From positions 2,317-66,316 of the forward strand of contig CAZTVK010000015.1 in the NCBI GenBank assembly GCA_964617195.1: a stretch of DNA of 64,000 bases. Direction: 5' to 3'. Source of the DNA: an uncultured Methanosarcinales archaeon. Its GTDB lineage: Archaea > Nanobdellota > Nanobdellia > Woesearchaeales > ARS49. Of the stretch, positions 46,803 through 57,093 are shown piece after piece (position 1 is the stretch's first letter; each line of letters opens with the position of its first letter). The translations under genes were made by a program, and so were the position numbers. Below the pieces are notes generated by a model. That model worked only from the letters and a program-made list of their open reading frames with translations, was not told the origin of the DNA and searched no databases.

Positions 46803-47924
46803 ATGGCAAAAATACAAGTAGGAATTCTAGGCGCAACAGGAGCAGCAGGACTCGAATTTGTCAAAACGCTCGCAGACCATCCAGTGTTTGAAATCACAGA
46901 ACTCTACGCATCTGAAAGAAGCGCGGGAAAAACACTCGAAGAAGCATGCGCGCTGGACATCAGCAGCCTGCCGGAACAAATACGATCAAAAACCATCAGA
47001 AGAACGCATTCTGTTGAAGCAGGACTAGGACTTCTCTGCTCAGCACTGCCATCCGAAATTGCCAAAGAAGTAGAAGCAAAATGCGCAGCCCACACCCCCG
47101 TAATCAGCACAACATCAGCATACAGATACGAAGACGACGTCCCAGTCATCATCACAGAAGTAAACGCGGACCATTACAAACTCCTGCGAGAACAAAAATA
47201 CCGGGGCTGGAAAGGATGGATAGCGCCAGGACCAAACTGCACAACAGTAGGACTGGTCATGTCGCTCGCACCACTTGAGGATGCATTTGGGATAGAACGA
47301 GTCATCATGTCATCATACCAATCAGTCTCCGGCGGAGGAGTGGGCCTTATCGAACGATGGAGAACAGAAAGAAAACCAGGACTGCCAGAACCAGAACACC
47401 TAGAAGAGCCAGTAAAAGATCCAAGTCTAACACTTGACGGAAACGTCATCGGATACATTGACAAGGAAGAAGGAAAAGTAAGAAGAGAAACTCTCAAAAT
47501 ATTAGGAGCATACGACAGCGGAATAATTCCTGCTGGCTTTTTAATAGACTGCACCTGTGTAAGAGTTCCAGTACTCAGAGGACATTTCGAGACAGTCTTT
47601 GTTGAACTATCGAAGAATCCATCCATTGAGCAAGTCAAAGAAGTCTATGCTGAATTCAACAAGCAATGCGCACAAGAATATGGAGACTTGCACTCAAGTC
47701 CGAAAGAAACCATAGTTATACTTGACAGAGCACCACAGCCACGCTTTGACGCGTTCGTTAACGGAGGAATGTCCGCAGTAATCGGAAGAATAGAACACAC
47801 AGAAGCATTCGGCGGATTCAACACTGGCATCAAATACCAAGTCTTGTCAAACAACACAGAACGCGGCGCGGCAAAAGGAATAGTGCACGTAGCAGAATAT
47901 TTGCACAAACAAGGAATACTCTAA
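46803..47924 (+). CDS. asd: Aspartate-semialdehyde dehydrogenase family (archaeal/fungal type)
   Basis: GILGATG, ASERSAGK, PNCTT, YQSVSGGG, EEGK, RVPVLRGH, NTERGAA motifs. Confidence 0.85.
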   Translation: MAKIQVGILGATGAAGLEFVKTLADHPVFEITELYASERSAGKTLEEACALDISSLPEQIRSKTIRRTHSVEAGLGLLCSALPSEIAKEVEAKCAAHTPVISTTSAYRYEDDVPVIITEVNADHYKLLREQKYRGWKGWIAPGPNCTTVGLVMSLAPLEDAFGIERVIMSSYQSVSGGGVGLIERWRTERKPGLPEPEHLEEPVKDPSLTLDGNVIGYIDKEEGKVRRETLKILGAYDSGIIPAGFLIDCTCVRVPVLRGHFETVFVELSKNPSIEQVKEVYAEFNKQCAQEYGDLHSSPKETIVILDRAPQPRFDAFVNGGMSAVIGRIEHTEAFGGFNTGIKYQVLSNNTERGAAKGIVHVAEYLHKQGIL

Positions 47925-48247
47925 AATTCTTCTTCATCGCCAAAGAAATTCTTAGGACTGTCAGGCCTGCTGACAACAAAAGAATCAGCCTTCTTGCGCA
48001 TCTCATTCGCAACATACCCAACAGCCAAAGCAGCAAGACCGAAATACACTGCCCCCTTTGGAAAGTCAACAGGCTCTTGAGGCTCACGATGCTCAGGAGG
48101 CAACACGCAAGGCTCTCCTGGTTTTCGGACATACCTGACCTTAGAATCAATAGACTCGTTCATAGATCCCGCGCCCACACCTGCCAAAAGAGCAAGAGAC
48201 AAAGCAGTATACTGCGTCGTGTTCTTCAAAACTGAATATAAACCCAT
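47921..48247 (-). CDS. Hypothetical small membrane protein
   Basis: 108 aa with two hydrophobic segments; 4-nt convergent overlap with asd. Confidence 0.6.
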   Translation of the reverse strand: MGLYSVLKNTTQYTALSLALLAGVGAGSMNESIDSKVRYVRKPGEPCVLPPEHREPQEPVDFPKGAVYFGLAALAVGYVANEMRKKADSFVVSRPDSPKNFFGDEEEF

Positions 48248-48331
48248 TCAACAAGCCCTAATACCTGACTTTTTATAGTTATTGCTACTGGAACATAAAC
48301 ATTTTTAAACAATAGTCGTTCATTCCCGAAT

Positions 48332-48601
48332 ATGGGGGACTCAGTATCCGTCGTCCTGCCCAAGGGCGCGAAACTCACAAGTAGACTGGAAGTCATACTC
48401 ACGCCAGAAGAATTCGGCCTCAAAACAGCAAGCAAGAAACACATGCCAGAAGTCAACCAAATGCTCAAAAAACTCGAATTACGAATTTACAGCAACAACC
48501 AAACATATGTAGGAACAGGAAAATATTCAAACGCGTATACGCTCGACGGAAAAATACACGCAGTCTACCAACTAAACGGAGCAAACCACAATGCTACTTA
48601 A
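48332..48601 (+). CDS. Hypothetical protein
   Basis: 89 aa; TTTTTAAA ~25 nt upstream; overlaps the aIF2-alpha start. Confidence 0.6.
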   Translation: MGDSVSVVLPKGAKLTSRLEVILTPEEFGLKTASKKHMPEVNQMLKKLELRIYSNNQTYVGTGKYSNAYTLDGKIHAVYQLNGANHNAT

Positions 48602-49364
48602 AAAAACAGGATTTCCACAATCAGAAGAACTAGTTCTTTGTACTGTAACCGGCGTCAACCCGCACTCAGTATTCTGCACTTTAGACGAGTATGGCGGAAG
48701 AACAGGCATGATTCACATTTCCGAAGTTGCGCCCGGAAGAATAAGAAACATCCGCGAATTCGTACAAGAAGGCAAGAAGGTAGTCTGCAAAGTATTGCAG
48801 GTCAGCCAAGAAAAGGGACACATCGACCTCTCACTAAGAAGAGTCAACCAATCGCAAAAGACAAACAAGCTCAACCAGATAAAACAAGAACAGCTCGCAG
48901 AAAAAATAGTTGAATACGTGGCAAAACAAACCGGCGACTCAGTACTAACATTGTACAACAAACTGGCAGAAAAATTAATACCACAATTCGGCACAGTCTT
49001 CGCGGCATTCGAAGAAGCATCACAAGACAAGCTGGACCTAGAAACAATCCTGGACAAAAAAGTCGCAAAACTCCTGACCGACTCCATCAAACAAAGAATA
49101 AAGCCTCCAGAAGTCAAGATTTCAGGAGACCTTAAACTCACAAGCTACGCGCCAGACGGCGTGCAAGAAATCAAAGACACACTAGCCATCGCAACAAAAG
49201 CAGGAGTAGAAGTACGCTACCTAGGCGCGGGAACATACCACTTTGAAGTCATCGCGGAAGACTACAAAGACGCAGAAAAAACACTCGCGACAGCAATCGA
49301 CCCAATCCTTGAACACGCCAAAGAAAAAGACATCGCAGCAGAATGGACGAGAAAAGAGGACTAA
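48591..49364 (+). CDS. eif2a: Translation initiation factor 2 subunit alpha
   Basis: S1 domain GMIHISEVAPGRIRNIR, GHIDLSLRRV, YLGAGTY, DYK.AEK.L. Confidence 0.95.
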   Translation: MLLKKTGFPQSEELVLCTVTGVNPHSVFCTLDEYGGRTGMIHISEVAPGRIRNIREFVQEGKKVVCKVLQVSQEKGHIDLSLRRVNQSQKTNKLNQIKQEQLAEKIVEYVAKQTGDSVLTLYNKLAEKLIPQFGTVFAAFEEASQDKLDLETILDKKVAKLLTDSIKQRIKPPEVKISGDLKLTSYAPDGVQEIKDTLAIATKAGVEVRYLGAGTYHFEVIAEDYKDAEKTLATAIDPILEHAKEKDIAAEWTRKED

Positions 49365-49373
49365 ACTTATAAG

Positions 49374-49544
49374 ATGAAACACATCAACAAATGCCAACAG
49401 TGCGGTGAGTTCACAATGAAAGAAAAGTGCGCCTGCGAAGGACAAGCGGTAACGACAAAACCGCAACGCTACGCACCAGACAAATACGGAAAATACAGGC
49501 GCGAAGCAAAACGTGAAGACCTCTCAAAAAGAGGACTATTATGA
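49374..49544 (+). CDS. nop10: H/ACA RNP protein Nop10
   Basis: MKHINKCQQCGEFTMKEKC.C...P.RYAPDKYGKYRR (56 aa, not in ORF track); canonical position. Confidence 0.9.
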   Translation: MKHINKCQQCGEFTMKEKCACEGQAVTTKPQRYAPDKYGKYRREAKREDLSKRGLL

Positions 49545-50302
49545 CCTGGAAAATCAAATATCTAGCAAACAAACCAATTCTAAATAAGCCAATACTCATC
49601 GAAGGACTGCCTGGCATAGGCAATGTGGGCAAAGTAGCGCTCGACTTCATGGTTGAAGAACTAAAAGCCAGAAAAATAGCAGAATTCCGAGGCGGAAACC
49701 TGCCACATTCTGTTTTCGTCAATGAACACAACCTAGTAGAACTACCAACAATAGAATTATACTACAAAAAATTCAACAACGGAAAAAGAGACCTATTACT
49801 TCTAGCAGGCGACGCGCAGCCAAACGACGAGATGAGCTGCTATGAATTCTGCGATGCTGTTTTAGACACCGCACAAGAATTCAACTGCGCAGAAATCGTA
49901 ACACTAGGAGGAGTAGCATTGCGACAAGAACCAAAAAACCCGCAAGTCTACCTAACAGGAAACCAGAAAGAACTAATCAATACATACTCCAAAGGCACAA
50001 AAACCAACACGCGCCTCTACGGCAAAGTCGGACCAATCATCGGCGTCTCAGGACTGCTGTTAGGACTGGCGAAAAGACGAAAGATAAACGCAGTCAGCCT
50101 GCTGGCAGAAACACTCGGACACCCGCTCTATCTCGGCGTCAGCGGAGCAAGAGAAATACTAAAAGTAATCAAGAAAAAACTCAGCATACCACTCGACATC
50201 AAACTTCTCGAACAAGAAATAGCAGAGATTGAGGAAGAACTAACCAAACGCGCACTGCCAAAAAAAGGCAAGAAGCAGGGCGATGTCAATTATATCGGCT
50301 GA
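49541..50302 (+). CDS. PAC2-family proteasome assembly chaperone
   Basis: IEGLPGIGNVGKVA, GDAQP, TLGG, IIGVSGLLLG, C-terminal YIG. Confidence 0.9.
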   Translation: MTWKIKYLANKPILNKPILIEGLPGIGNVGKVALDFMVEELKARKIAEFRGGNLPHSVFVNEHNLVELPTIELYYKKFNNGKRDLLLLAGDAQPNDEMSCYEFCDAVLDTAQEFNCAEIVTLGGVALRQEPKNPQVYLTGNQKELINTYSKGTKTNTRLYGKVGPIIGVSGLLLGLAKRRKINAVSLLAETLGHPLYLGVSGAREILKVIKKKLSIPLDIKLLEQEIAEIEEELTKRALPKKGKKQGDVNYIG

Positions 50303-51646
50303 TTATTTTGACAACGAGACAACGGCAGAAGGCAGTATAACATCCAAAACTCCTTCAGAGAAATCACCTTCAAGCCTGTCCGCAAGACACGCATTAATAA
50401 GCGCTTTTGCCTTCAATTTCGACTTAACCTTGCACTTATCCGGATTCTGTTTCGGTCCTCTTTCTGGAGGCGACGGCATAGGAGATATCCCTGCATGAAC
50501 CATTGCATAAACACAAGACGAGTCCTTCCTATAGGCAGAATACGGAGTGAAACTTACCGGCCTAATTTTTGTTGCGGTCAACTCCAAATCAGCAGGAAGA
50601 GAAATATCGGCTTTCCCCTTGGACAGTTTTTCATCACTTCTGATTCTCCACATGAAAGGCTCAAAATGCATCAGATGACTTCCCGTACCATCATAGCCAC
50701 TGAAATCATAATGCCTGGTTTTTTGGTAAAGATCAAGCACTAACTTGCTCATTGTCTGGCCTTTGTCGTACATGTCATTAAGAATTTCACTTGCATCTGG
50801 ATCTGATATCGTAACTGTTCCTGGCTGACCGCTAATCCCCGGTTCGCCATGACAAATATTACCATCCTCATCAAGCCAGTATACTTTCAAAATACCGCCA
50901 GCAGGATCAATTGTTATTTTTAGTCCTGGCGGCAGCTCTTCAAACCACCGCGTTATATCAATTATCAATCCATTCTCACGCGGACCGCTTTTTTCTCCAG
51001 GCAAAATAGAAAGTAAAATGCCTTTCAAAAAGTCAATAACACCTACAAAGAACCCCTTTGGTTTCGGCTTTTCAACTACTAGCACATACTCTGCTTTTGG
51101 CTTTGACGTCATTTCCCTCTCATCAATCTCCAAAGGTTCAACCTCTACAGATTCAACATGCGGCGCAGGAGTTGGTTCAACAGGCGGAACAAATTTCGGC
51201 GGTGCAACAACAGGAATTGGTTCTTTTAGCACAGACTTGCAACCCTTGTTCGTACATTCCTGATATTTACCACACGTCAACTGAGTCTGCCAGACACCAT
51301 TAATACACATCTGGAAGTTCTGACGATCACAACGCTTTTCACCATAATAACACTCGGCCGGCCGAGCAGATGGCGGCTCTTCATAAGGCTCTTCCGGAAT
51401 CTGCATCACACCAGGAGGCACATAAGCAGGCTCTGTGCACCCTTGATTCGAATCACAGCCGTATTCACACTGTTGTATGGCCTGCCAATTCCCATTTACG
51501 CACTGCAAGAAAACATTGCCATCGCACTGAGTATCACCTTCATTACAAAAAGCAATGTTCTGACCAATATTAGGATCATAATACTGCGCAGAAACAACAG
51601 GAATAATCAGTAATAACAACACTAACAACACTACCTCTTTTTGCAT
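50303..51646 (-). CDS. Secreted protein with two Cys-rich repeats and a Pro-rich linker
   Basis: Signal peptide; C..G...C......C.NG.WQ....C twice. Confidence 0.72.
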   Translation of the reverse strand: MQKEVVLLVLLLLIIPVVSAQYYDPNIGQNIAFCNEGDTQCDGNVFLQCVNGNWQAIQQCEYGCDSNQGCTEPAYVPPGVMQIPEEPYEEPPSARPAECYYGEKRCDRQNFQMCINGVWQTQLTCGKYQECTNKGCKSVLKEPIPVVAPPKFVPPVEPTPAPHVESVEVEPLEIDEREMTSKPKAEYVLVVEKPKPKGFFVGVIDFLKGILLSILPGEKSGPRENGLIIDITRWFEELPPGLKITIDPAGGILKVYWLDEDGNICHGEPGISGQPGTVTISDPDASEILNDMYDKGQTMSKLVLDLYQKTRHYDFSGYDGTGSHLMHFEPFMWRIRSDEKLSKGKADISLPADLELTATKIRPVSFTPYSAYRKDSSCVYAMVHAGISPMPSPPERGPKQNPDKCKVKSKLKAKALINACLADRLEGDFSEGVLDVILPSAVVSLSK

Positions 51647-51737
51647 GTGCCAGTTTAATAGAACATAGTATTAAAATCTTACTCAAACAACAACCTTTTA
51701 AAACCCGCGTCTTATAATATTACAAAAAGAGGAGAAC

Positions 51738-53003
51738 ATGTCAAAAATACTCGCAGTCAAAGCACGCCAAGTTCTAGACAGCAGAGGAAATCCTACTGTT
51801 GAGTGCGATATCAAGACAAACGACGGAATATTTAGGGCAAGTGTGCCATCAGGAGCAAGCACAGGCGCAAACGAAGCGCTTGAACTGCGAGACCACAAAA
51901 AAGAATTCTTAGGCAACGGAGTAATGAGAGCAGTCAATAATATAAACTTAATTCTGGCAAAAAAACTCAAAGGAAGAAACCCGACAACACAAGAAGAACT
52001 CGATAATTTAATGATAAAACTAGACGGAACTCAAAACAAAAGCAAACTAGGAGCAAACGCGATGCTTGCAGTCAGCATGGCGCTATCACGCGCAGGAGCA
52101 GCAGCGAAAAAACAACAATTGTACGAACACATCGGAGAATTATACGGCACGAAAAAATTCACACTGCCGATACCAGCATTCAACATCATAAACGGAGGAA
52201 AACACGCCGGAAACAAATTAGACATACAAGAATACATGATACTGCCAACAGGAGCCAAGAACTTCGCAGAAGCACTCCGCATAGGAAGCGAGATTTACCA
52301 CACTCTCAAGAAAAATCTGGAAAACCACTTCGGAAAGACAGCCATCAATGTAGGAGATGAAGGCGGATTTGCGCCTCCATTAACCTGCATAGAAGAGCCG
52401 TTTGACTACATCACAGACGCGATAATCAAGCTCGGTTATTGGAAAAAAGTAAAACTAGGCATAGACTGCGCATCAACAACATACTGGAAACACGGCACAT
52501 ACTACCTGGAAGGAAAAGAATACACGCCAGACAAGCTAGCAGAAAAATACCAAGAACTCGCCGACAATTATCCTCTAGTCAGCATCGAAGACCCATTCTA
52601 CGAAGAAGACTTTGAAAATTTCGCGAAATTAAACCGAAGATTAGTGAACACGCAAATAGTTGGAGACGATTTATTGGTAACAAACCCAAAAAGAGTCAGA
52701 AAAGCAATAACGATGAAAAGCTGCAACTGCCTTTTACTTAAGATTAATCAGATCGGCACGATAACAGAAGCGCTCGAAGCCGCAAAAATGGCCAAGAACG
52801 CAGGCTGGAACATCATGACATCGCACAGAAGCGGAGAAACAGAAGACAGCTTCATCGCTGATCTGGCAGTCGGCATTGCCTCAGGACAGATAAAGTCAGG
52901 AGCGCCATGCAGAGGAGAAAGATTAGCAAAATACAATCAACTATTACGCATAGAAGAAGAAACAGGAGCACCATATGCAGGAAAAACAATCAGATTTGCT
53001 TAA
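51738..53003 (+). CDS. eno: Enolase
   Basis: DSRGNPTVE, VPSGASTG, GDEGGF, SIEDP, LLKINQIGT, SHRSGETED motifs. Confidence 0.98.
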   Translation: MSKILAVKARQVLDSRGNPTVECDIKTNDGIFRASVPSGASTGANEALELRDHKKEFLGNGVMRAVNNINLILAKKLKGRNPTTQEELDNLMIKLDGTQNKSKLGANAMLAVSMALSRAGAAAKKQQLYEHIGELYGTKKFTLPIPAFNIINGGKHAGNKLDIQEYMILPTGAKNFAEALRIGSEIYHTLKKNLENHFGKTAINVGDEGGFAPPLTCIEEPFDYITDAIIKLGYWKKVKLGIDCASTTYWKHGTYYLEGKEYTPDKLAEKYQELADNYPLVSIEDPFYEEDFENFAKLNRRLVNTQIVGDDLLVTNPKRVRKAITMKSCNCLLLKINQIGTITEALEAAKMAKNAGWNIMTSHRSGETEDSFIADLAVGIASGQIKSGAPCRGERLAKYNQLLRIEEETGAPYAGKTIRFA

Positions 53004-53730
53004 GTTTGCGATCAGTTTAGCGAAGGAAAGCGCGCAAATTCTGAAAAGAATGCAAAAAAACGCTAAAATAGTGCAGGAAAAAGTTCAGGGAGACTTTGCG
53101 CTTAATGCTGACATCGCTTCTGAACAACACGTCATGAAAAGAATAAGGCAAAAATATCCAAGCCACGACATTCTCACAGAAGAATCAGGACACCACCACA
53201 AAGATTCCGAATACCTGTGGATAATCGACCCTCTCGAAGGAACGCTCAACTACGCGCATCATCTTCCAATATGGGCAGTTAACATAGGGCTTTTCTACAA
53301 AGGAAAACCATACCTAGGCGTCATATACGCACCCATCATTAAAGAATTATTCCACGCATCAAAAGGAAAAGGAACCTACCTGAATGGAAAAAGAGTGCAT
53401 GCCAACAAAGAAACAGACATCATGAAATCATTCTTTGCTGCAACAACAGCACAAATAAATGAAATACCAATAAGCCCAACAATAGTCAGAGGAATCGGCT
53501 GCGCCGGAGTTGAGCTCGCATATGTGGCATGCGGGCGCTTTGCAGCGAAAATAAAACTCAGAGGAAACGACCCATACGGATACGGAGCCGGAAGCATCAT
53601 AGTAATGGAAGCAGGCGGAAAAATAACGGACATGAAAGACAATCCGTGGAATTTGAAATCAAACGGCGCACTGGCAAGCAACGGAAAAATTCACGACAAA
53701 CTACTCAAGCTTCTCAGTAATACTTCTTAA
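52975..53730 (+). CDS. Inositol monophosphatase/FBPase (FIG) family protein with altered metal ligands
   Basis: TEE, WIIDPLEGTLNY, LAYVACGR, EAGG; PYG in place of the usual PWD. Confidence 0.85.
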   Translation: MQEKQSDLLKFAISLAKESAQILKRMQKNAKIVQEKVQGDFALNADIASEQHVMKRIRQKYPSHDILTEESGHHHKDSEYLWIIDPLEGTLNYAHHLPIWAVNIGLFYKGKPYLGVIYAPIIKELFHASKGKGTYLNGKRVHANKETDIMKSFFAATTAQINEIPISPTIVRGIGCAGVELAYVACGRFAAKIKLRGNDPYGYGAGSIIVMEAGGKITDMKDNPWNLKSNGALASNGKIHDKLLKLLSNTS

Positions 53731-54397
53731 GAATATTGTGCTTATCAGTGGCTAATCTGACATGAGAAGGCAAGACAACGCTCTTCCATGACTTTCTCGT
53801 AAACGGAGGCGCTTTGCCTGAAGGAACGTCAACAAAATATTCAAAATAATCATCATACGGCATCTCCCACTTCATCATCTGCTGAATAGAAGCTTTCTCA
53901 AAATGCCGGCGGAAAGGACGCATGCTGTTGCCATGCGCTGAAATAGCGACGCTCACCTTATACTTCCTGATGAAGACTAGCAAGTCTTTGATGAACGAGT
54001 TAACACGACTTTCAACCATTTTCACACTCTCGCCCTTTGGCGGAGGAAAATTGTAAGCGCGATGGTATTTATCATACAATGCTTTGCCGTTTTCACGAAT
54101 AAAAGCAGCATGAGCACGACCTTGCAAAAGCCCATAACACCTCTCAAGCATCCTGTCGTCGCGAAAGACAACCTTGCACTCACGATGATGTTTAAGCACT
54201 TCCTTCAATGTTTCCTTAGAACGCGTCAAATTAGAAGAAAACGCGACATCAACACGCCGATTCCTGAGCTTCCTGCCAACCAGGGACGCATTCATCTTTC
54301 CTTTAACAGTCCACGTCGCGTCCTTCCACCCAGTAAACATCTTCCTCTTGTTAAAATGCGTCTGGCCATGACGGAACAGATAGATATAGCATTTCAT
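53714..54397 (-). CDS. gpmA: 2,3-BPG-dependent phosphoglycerate mutase (histidine phosphatase family)
   Basis: RHGQT..N...FTGW, ERCYG.LQG, PP.GES, AHGNSMR. Start 54397 gives an ATGA overlap with the upstream gene. Confidence 0.82.
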   Translation of the reverse strand: MKCYIYLFRHGQTHFNKRKMFTGWKDATWTVKGKMNASLVGRKLRNRRVDVAFSSNLTRSKETLKEVLKHHRECKVVFRDDRMLERCYGLLQGRAHAAFIRENGKALYDKYHRAYNFPPPKGESVKMVESRVNSFIKDLLVFIRKYKVSVAISAHGNSMRPFRRHFEKASIQQMMKWEMPYDDYFEYFVDVPSGKAPPFTRKSWKSVVLPSHVRLATDKHNILKKYY

Positions 54398-56190
54398 TTT
54401 CCAACTGCCTTGTTGTGCGCTTCTATATACCTTTCTATAAACAGCTTCCAATCAGCAGTAGCAGCAATCTTCTGCGCCATAATCTTGTTCTCAATCCGCT
54501 CCTTTGTCGTAAAGTGAGCAAACTGAGACATCATATCAGTCAAAGACTTGATAATCTCCTCAGTAGACTTTTTGAAACGTTGAAGCACGAAAATACCTGG
54601 ATACTTGCTCGGCGAACATTCCTTGCAAATATACTGGCCAAAACCAGAAAGATCAGTTGTAAGACTACTCACGCCGAGCGCTGCAGCCTCCAGAGGAGTA
54701 TACCCCCACGGCTCATAATAACTAGGGAAAACACCCAAATGACTGCCCTGCATACTCTCGTAATAACTGGTATCCAACAAGCCATCTGCGCCTGACAAGT
54801 AGATTGGATAGAAGACAATCTTGACAACATCATCAGGAGAATTGTCCAATCCAACTTCACGCAAAGTCTTCATAATCAAATCAGTATCTTCATCAAACAA
54901 GAAATGCGTGCTAAGCGGAGGCAAGCCTTTGCGCGCCAAACGCTTCAATTTAGGCCTGATCTCCTGAAGAAAATCATCACCAAGCAAAGACTTGTTGTTG
55001 ATATCTTTTCCCATAATCAACAATTCTGAAACCTTATTCTGCACGTCCTCATGCACTTCCTCAACGCTCTTCTTGATATCATTGAAAAACGTCCTGCTCT
55101 CCAAAAGCTCAGGACGGATTGCCTTAACATTACCCGGAATCCAGAAGAACGCCACAATCGTCTTTTCACACTTCTCAGCCTTCAACTGATCATTAAGCCT
55201 GCCTAACGCCTTTATGAAAACATCAACACCCTTATCATGAAATTCATACCGGCCTGCAAGGAAAAAAATCAAAGTATTCTCAATGTCGAAAGTATAATAG
55301 GGAAAGAAATAATACATCAAAAACTGCTTCATCCTGTTCTTGAAGAACTTGTGCTTCAAAGAAGCCTCCTCAAAAGACGGGAATTTAGACATGTCAAGAC
55401 CATTGAATAACAAAACATCAGGCTTCCTGCCAAGAAAATGCCCTGCTTCCATTCCAGTAATCTCGCTTACAGTCGTGAAAACATGAGCATTCTGAGCACT
55501 CTGCTTTTCCAGCGAATGCTTAGCCCAAACAGAAATGCCGAGACGCTTAGCCTCGCCATCACTGTCAATACTCTCCAACTGCTCGTAAATATCCCTTTCC
55601 TGCATTGCCAAAGAACGGCCCAAAGTAGTAGCATGAGTGGTAAAAACAGTGCCCACCCTGACATTTTCATGCCTTAAGTACAACAAGCCAGCGCCAGCAA
55701 GCCATTCATGAAAATGAGCAACGATCTTTTTCCCAGAAAACACCTTGCTTAATTCCTCAATAAGCCTGCCCACAGCATACGCCCACATTACAGGCTCGTC
55801 AAAATCAAACCAGTCCGTATTAAGACTGTCAATCTGATACCAATCCCACAATTTACGCTTAACATCGTTCTTCTGGACAGAGAAATTAGTAAAATCGACC
55901 AGCAAGGTATTCGGATTCCCTTTCGTTATCCAAGTGCCACAATGCACTTCAATGCCTTCCTGCTTAAGCTTCTCAAAAGCCCCCTTGCACTCCGCAGGAG
56001 GAATATGCTCCTCAAAAATACCCCAAGACTTCTTAGGAAAATACGGGCCAACCAAGAAATAATTATCCCCATAATGCTCTTTCATAGGCAGAATCTTGCT
56101 CTGCACAACCGTGAAAATCCCGCCAACCTTATTGCAAACTTCCCACGAAACTTCAAAACAAATCTCTGCCTTAGATTCCATTCTTAACAC
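54394..56190 (-). CDS. Glycogen synthase, GT3 family
   Basis: FEVSWEVCNKVGGIFTV, HFHEW, FTTHAT.LGR, GRYEFHDKG, FPSYYEPWGYTPLE. Start may be 56181. Confidence 0.92.
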   Translation of the reverse strand: MLRMESKAEICFEVSWEVCNKVGGIFTVVQSKILPMKEHYGDNYFLVGPYFPKKSWGIFEEHIPPAECKGAFEKLKQEGIEVHCGTWITKGNPNTLLVDFTNFSVQKNDVKRKLWDWYQIDSLNTDWFDFDEPVMWAYAVGRLIEELSKVFSGKKIVAHFHEWLAGAGLLYLRHENVRVGTVFTTHATTLGRSLAMQERDIYEQLESIDSDGEAKRLGISVWAKHSLEKQSAQNAHVFTTVSEITGMEAGHFLGRKPDVLLFNGLDMSKFPSFEEASLKHKFFKNRMKQFLMYYFFPYYTFDIENTLIFFLAGRYEFHDKGVDVFIKALGRLNDQLKAEKCEKTIVAFFWIPGNVKAIRPELLESRTFFNDIKKSVEEVHEDVQNKVSELLIMGKDINNKSLLGDDFLQEIRPKLKRLARKGLPPLSTHFLFDEDTDLIMKTLREVGLDNSPDDVVKIVFYPIYLSGADGLLDTSYYESMQGSHLGVFPSYYEPWGYTPLEAAALGVSSLTTDLSGFGQYICKECSPSKYPGIFVLQRFKKSTEEIIKSLTDMMSQFAHFTTKERIENKIMAQKIAATADWKLFIERYIEAHNKAVGK

Positions 56191-56348
56191 TCATCACTCA
56201 TGATTCAAAAAGTTTTCACACCACTCTACAGAGAGAACGACATTATCAGAACAGAAATGCCAATAACTACAGTAATGATGACGTAGATAGAATAAAGTTC
56301 AAACGCTTCCATGGTAAAAAGTTAATAAAAAAATAAAAATAAAAAAAT

Positions 56349-56969
56349 TTAGACGAATCCTGGGCGCTCTCCGCAACCCCATGCTCCATCTTGGATTGCT
56401 TGCGTGACGTCATTGATGACATCATCACGGCTCAAACCATACTGGTCAGACTTTGTAATCCAATCACCTGCAGTTAACTGCTGCATAGACATTGACATTC
56501 TTGCCAATGAAGCCCATGCTTGGTGCTCTTGGAAGCTGAGTGACACTGGTAGGTCTACACCGTTCAAGATGCTCAACCATGTGCATGCTCGGTATGACGG
56601 AATCTCTTCCAATTGTTCATTGTGAACAAGGTTCGTCTGACTGCTCACTGCACGTGCTTTGACTGATTCACCATATTGAGTTTCTGCAATTGGCTGGTAG
56701 TATCCTGGTCCACCAAGGCCTGAGAATCTCTCGCCTGAAGAACCGTCTGCTCCGCTTGGGAATTCATACGATCTTCCTGCAAATGCTCTCGATTCAGGGT
56801 CTGCGACACCTCTGACTGCTCCACCATATTCTTTGGCGGCTGGCACTGCGAACTCACCAACTGCTGACTTTCGCGCACCCGTGAAGAGTAGCACCAAACC
56901 AACAATCGCTATTATCGCAACTATGCCTAGAATTACAAGTGCGATTCCTTTTCCACTTTCTTCTGCCAC
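56349..56969 (-). CDS. Membrane-anchored protein, YGGA(I/V)(K/R) family
   Basis: KGIALVILGIVAIIAIVGLVLLF, YGGAVR at residue 48; GTG start with GAGGTGA SD. Confidence 0.8.
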   Translation of the reverse strand: MAEESGKGIALVILGIVAIIAIVGLVLLFTGARKSAVGEFAVPAAKEYGGAVRGVADPESRAFAGRSYEFPSGADGSSGERFSGLGGPGYYQPIAETQYGESVKARAVSSQTNLVHNEQLEEIPSYRACTWLSILNGVDLPVSLSFQEHQAWASLARMSMSMQQLTAGDWITKSDQYGLSRDDVINDVTQAIQDGAWGCGERPGFV

Positions 56970-57093
56970 AACTGATCACCTCGTTTAGTTGTTCTTAATC
57001 GTTTGTGTGTGTTATACACACACTGATTTATATACTTTTCGTTTTGTCAAAACGTACAATCGTTCTGACTATTTTCTAATGAAATAAAAAAAA

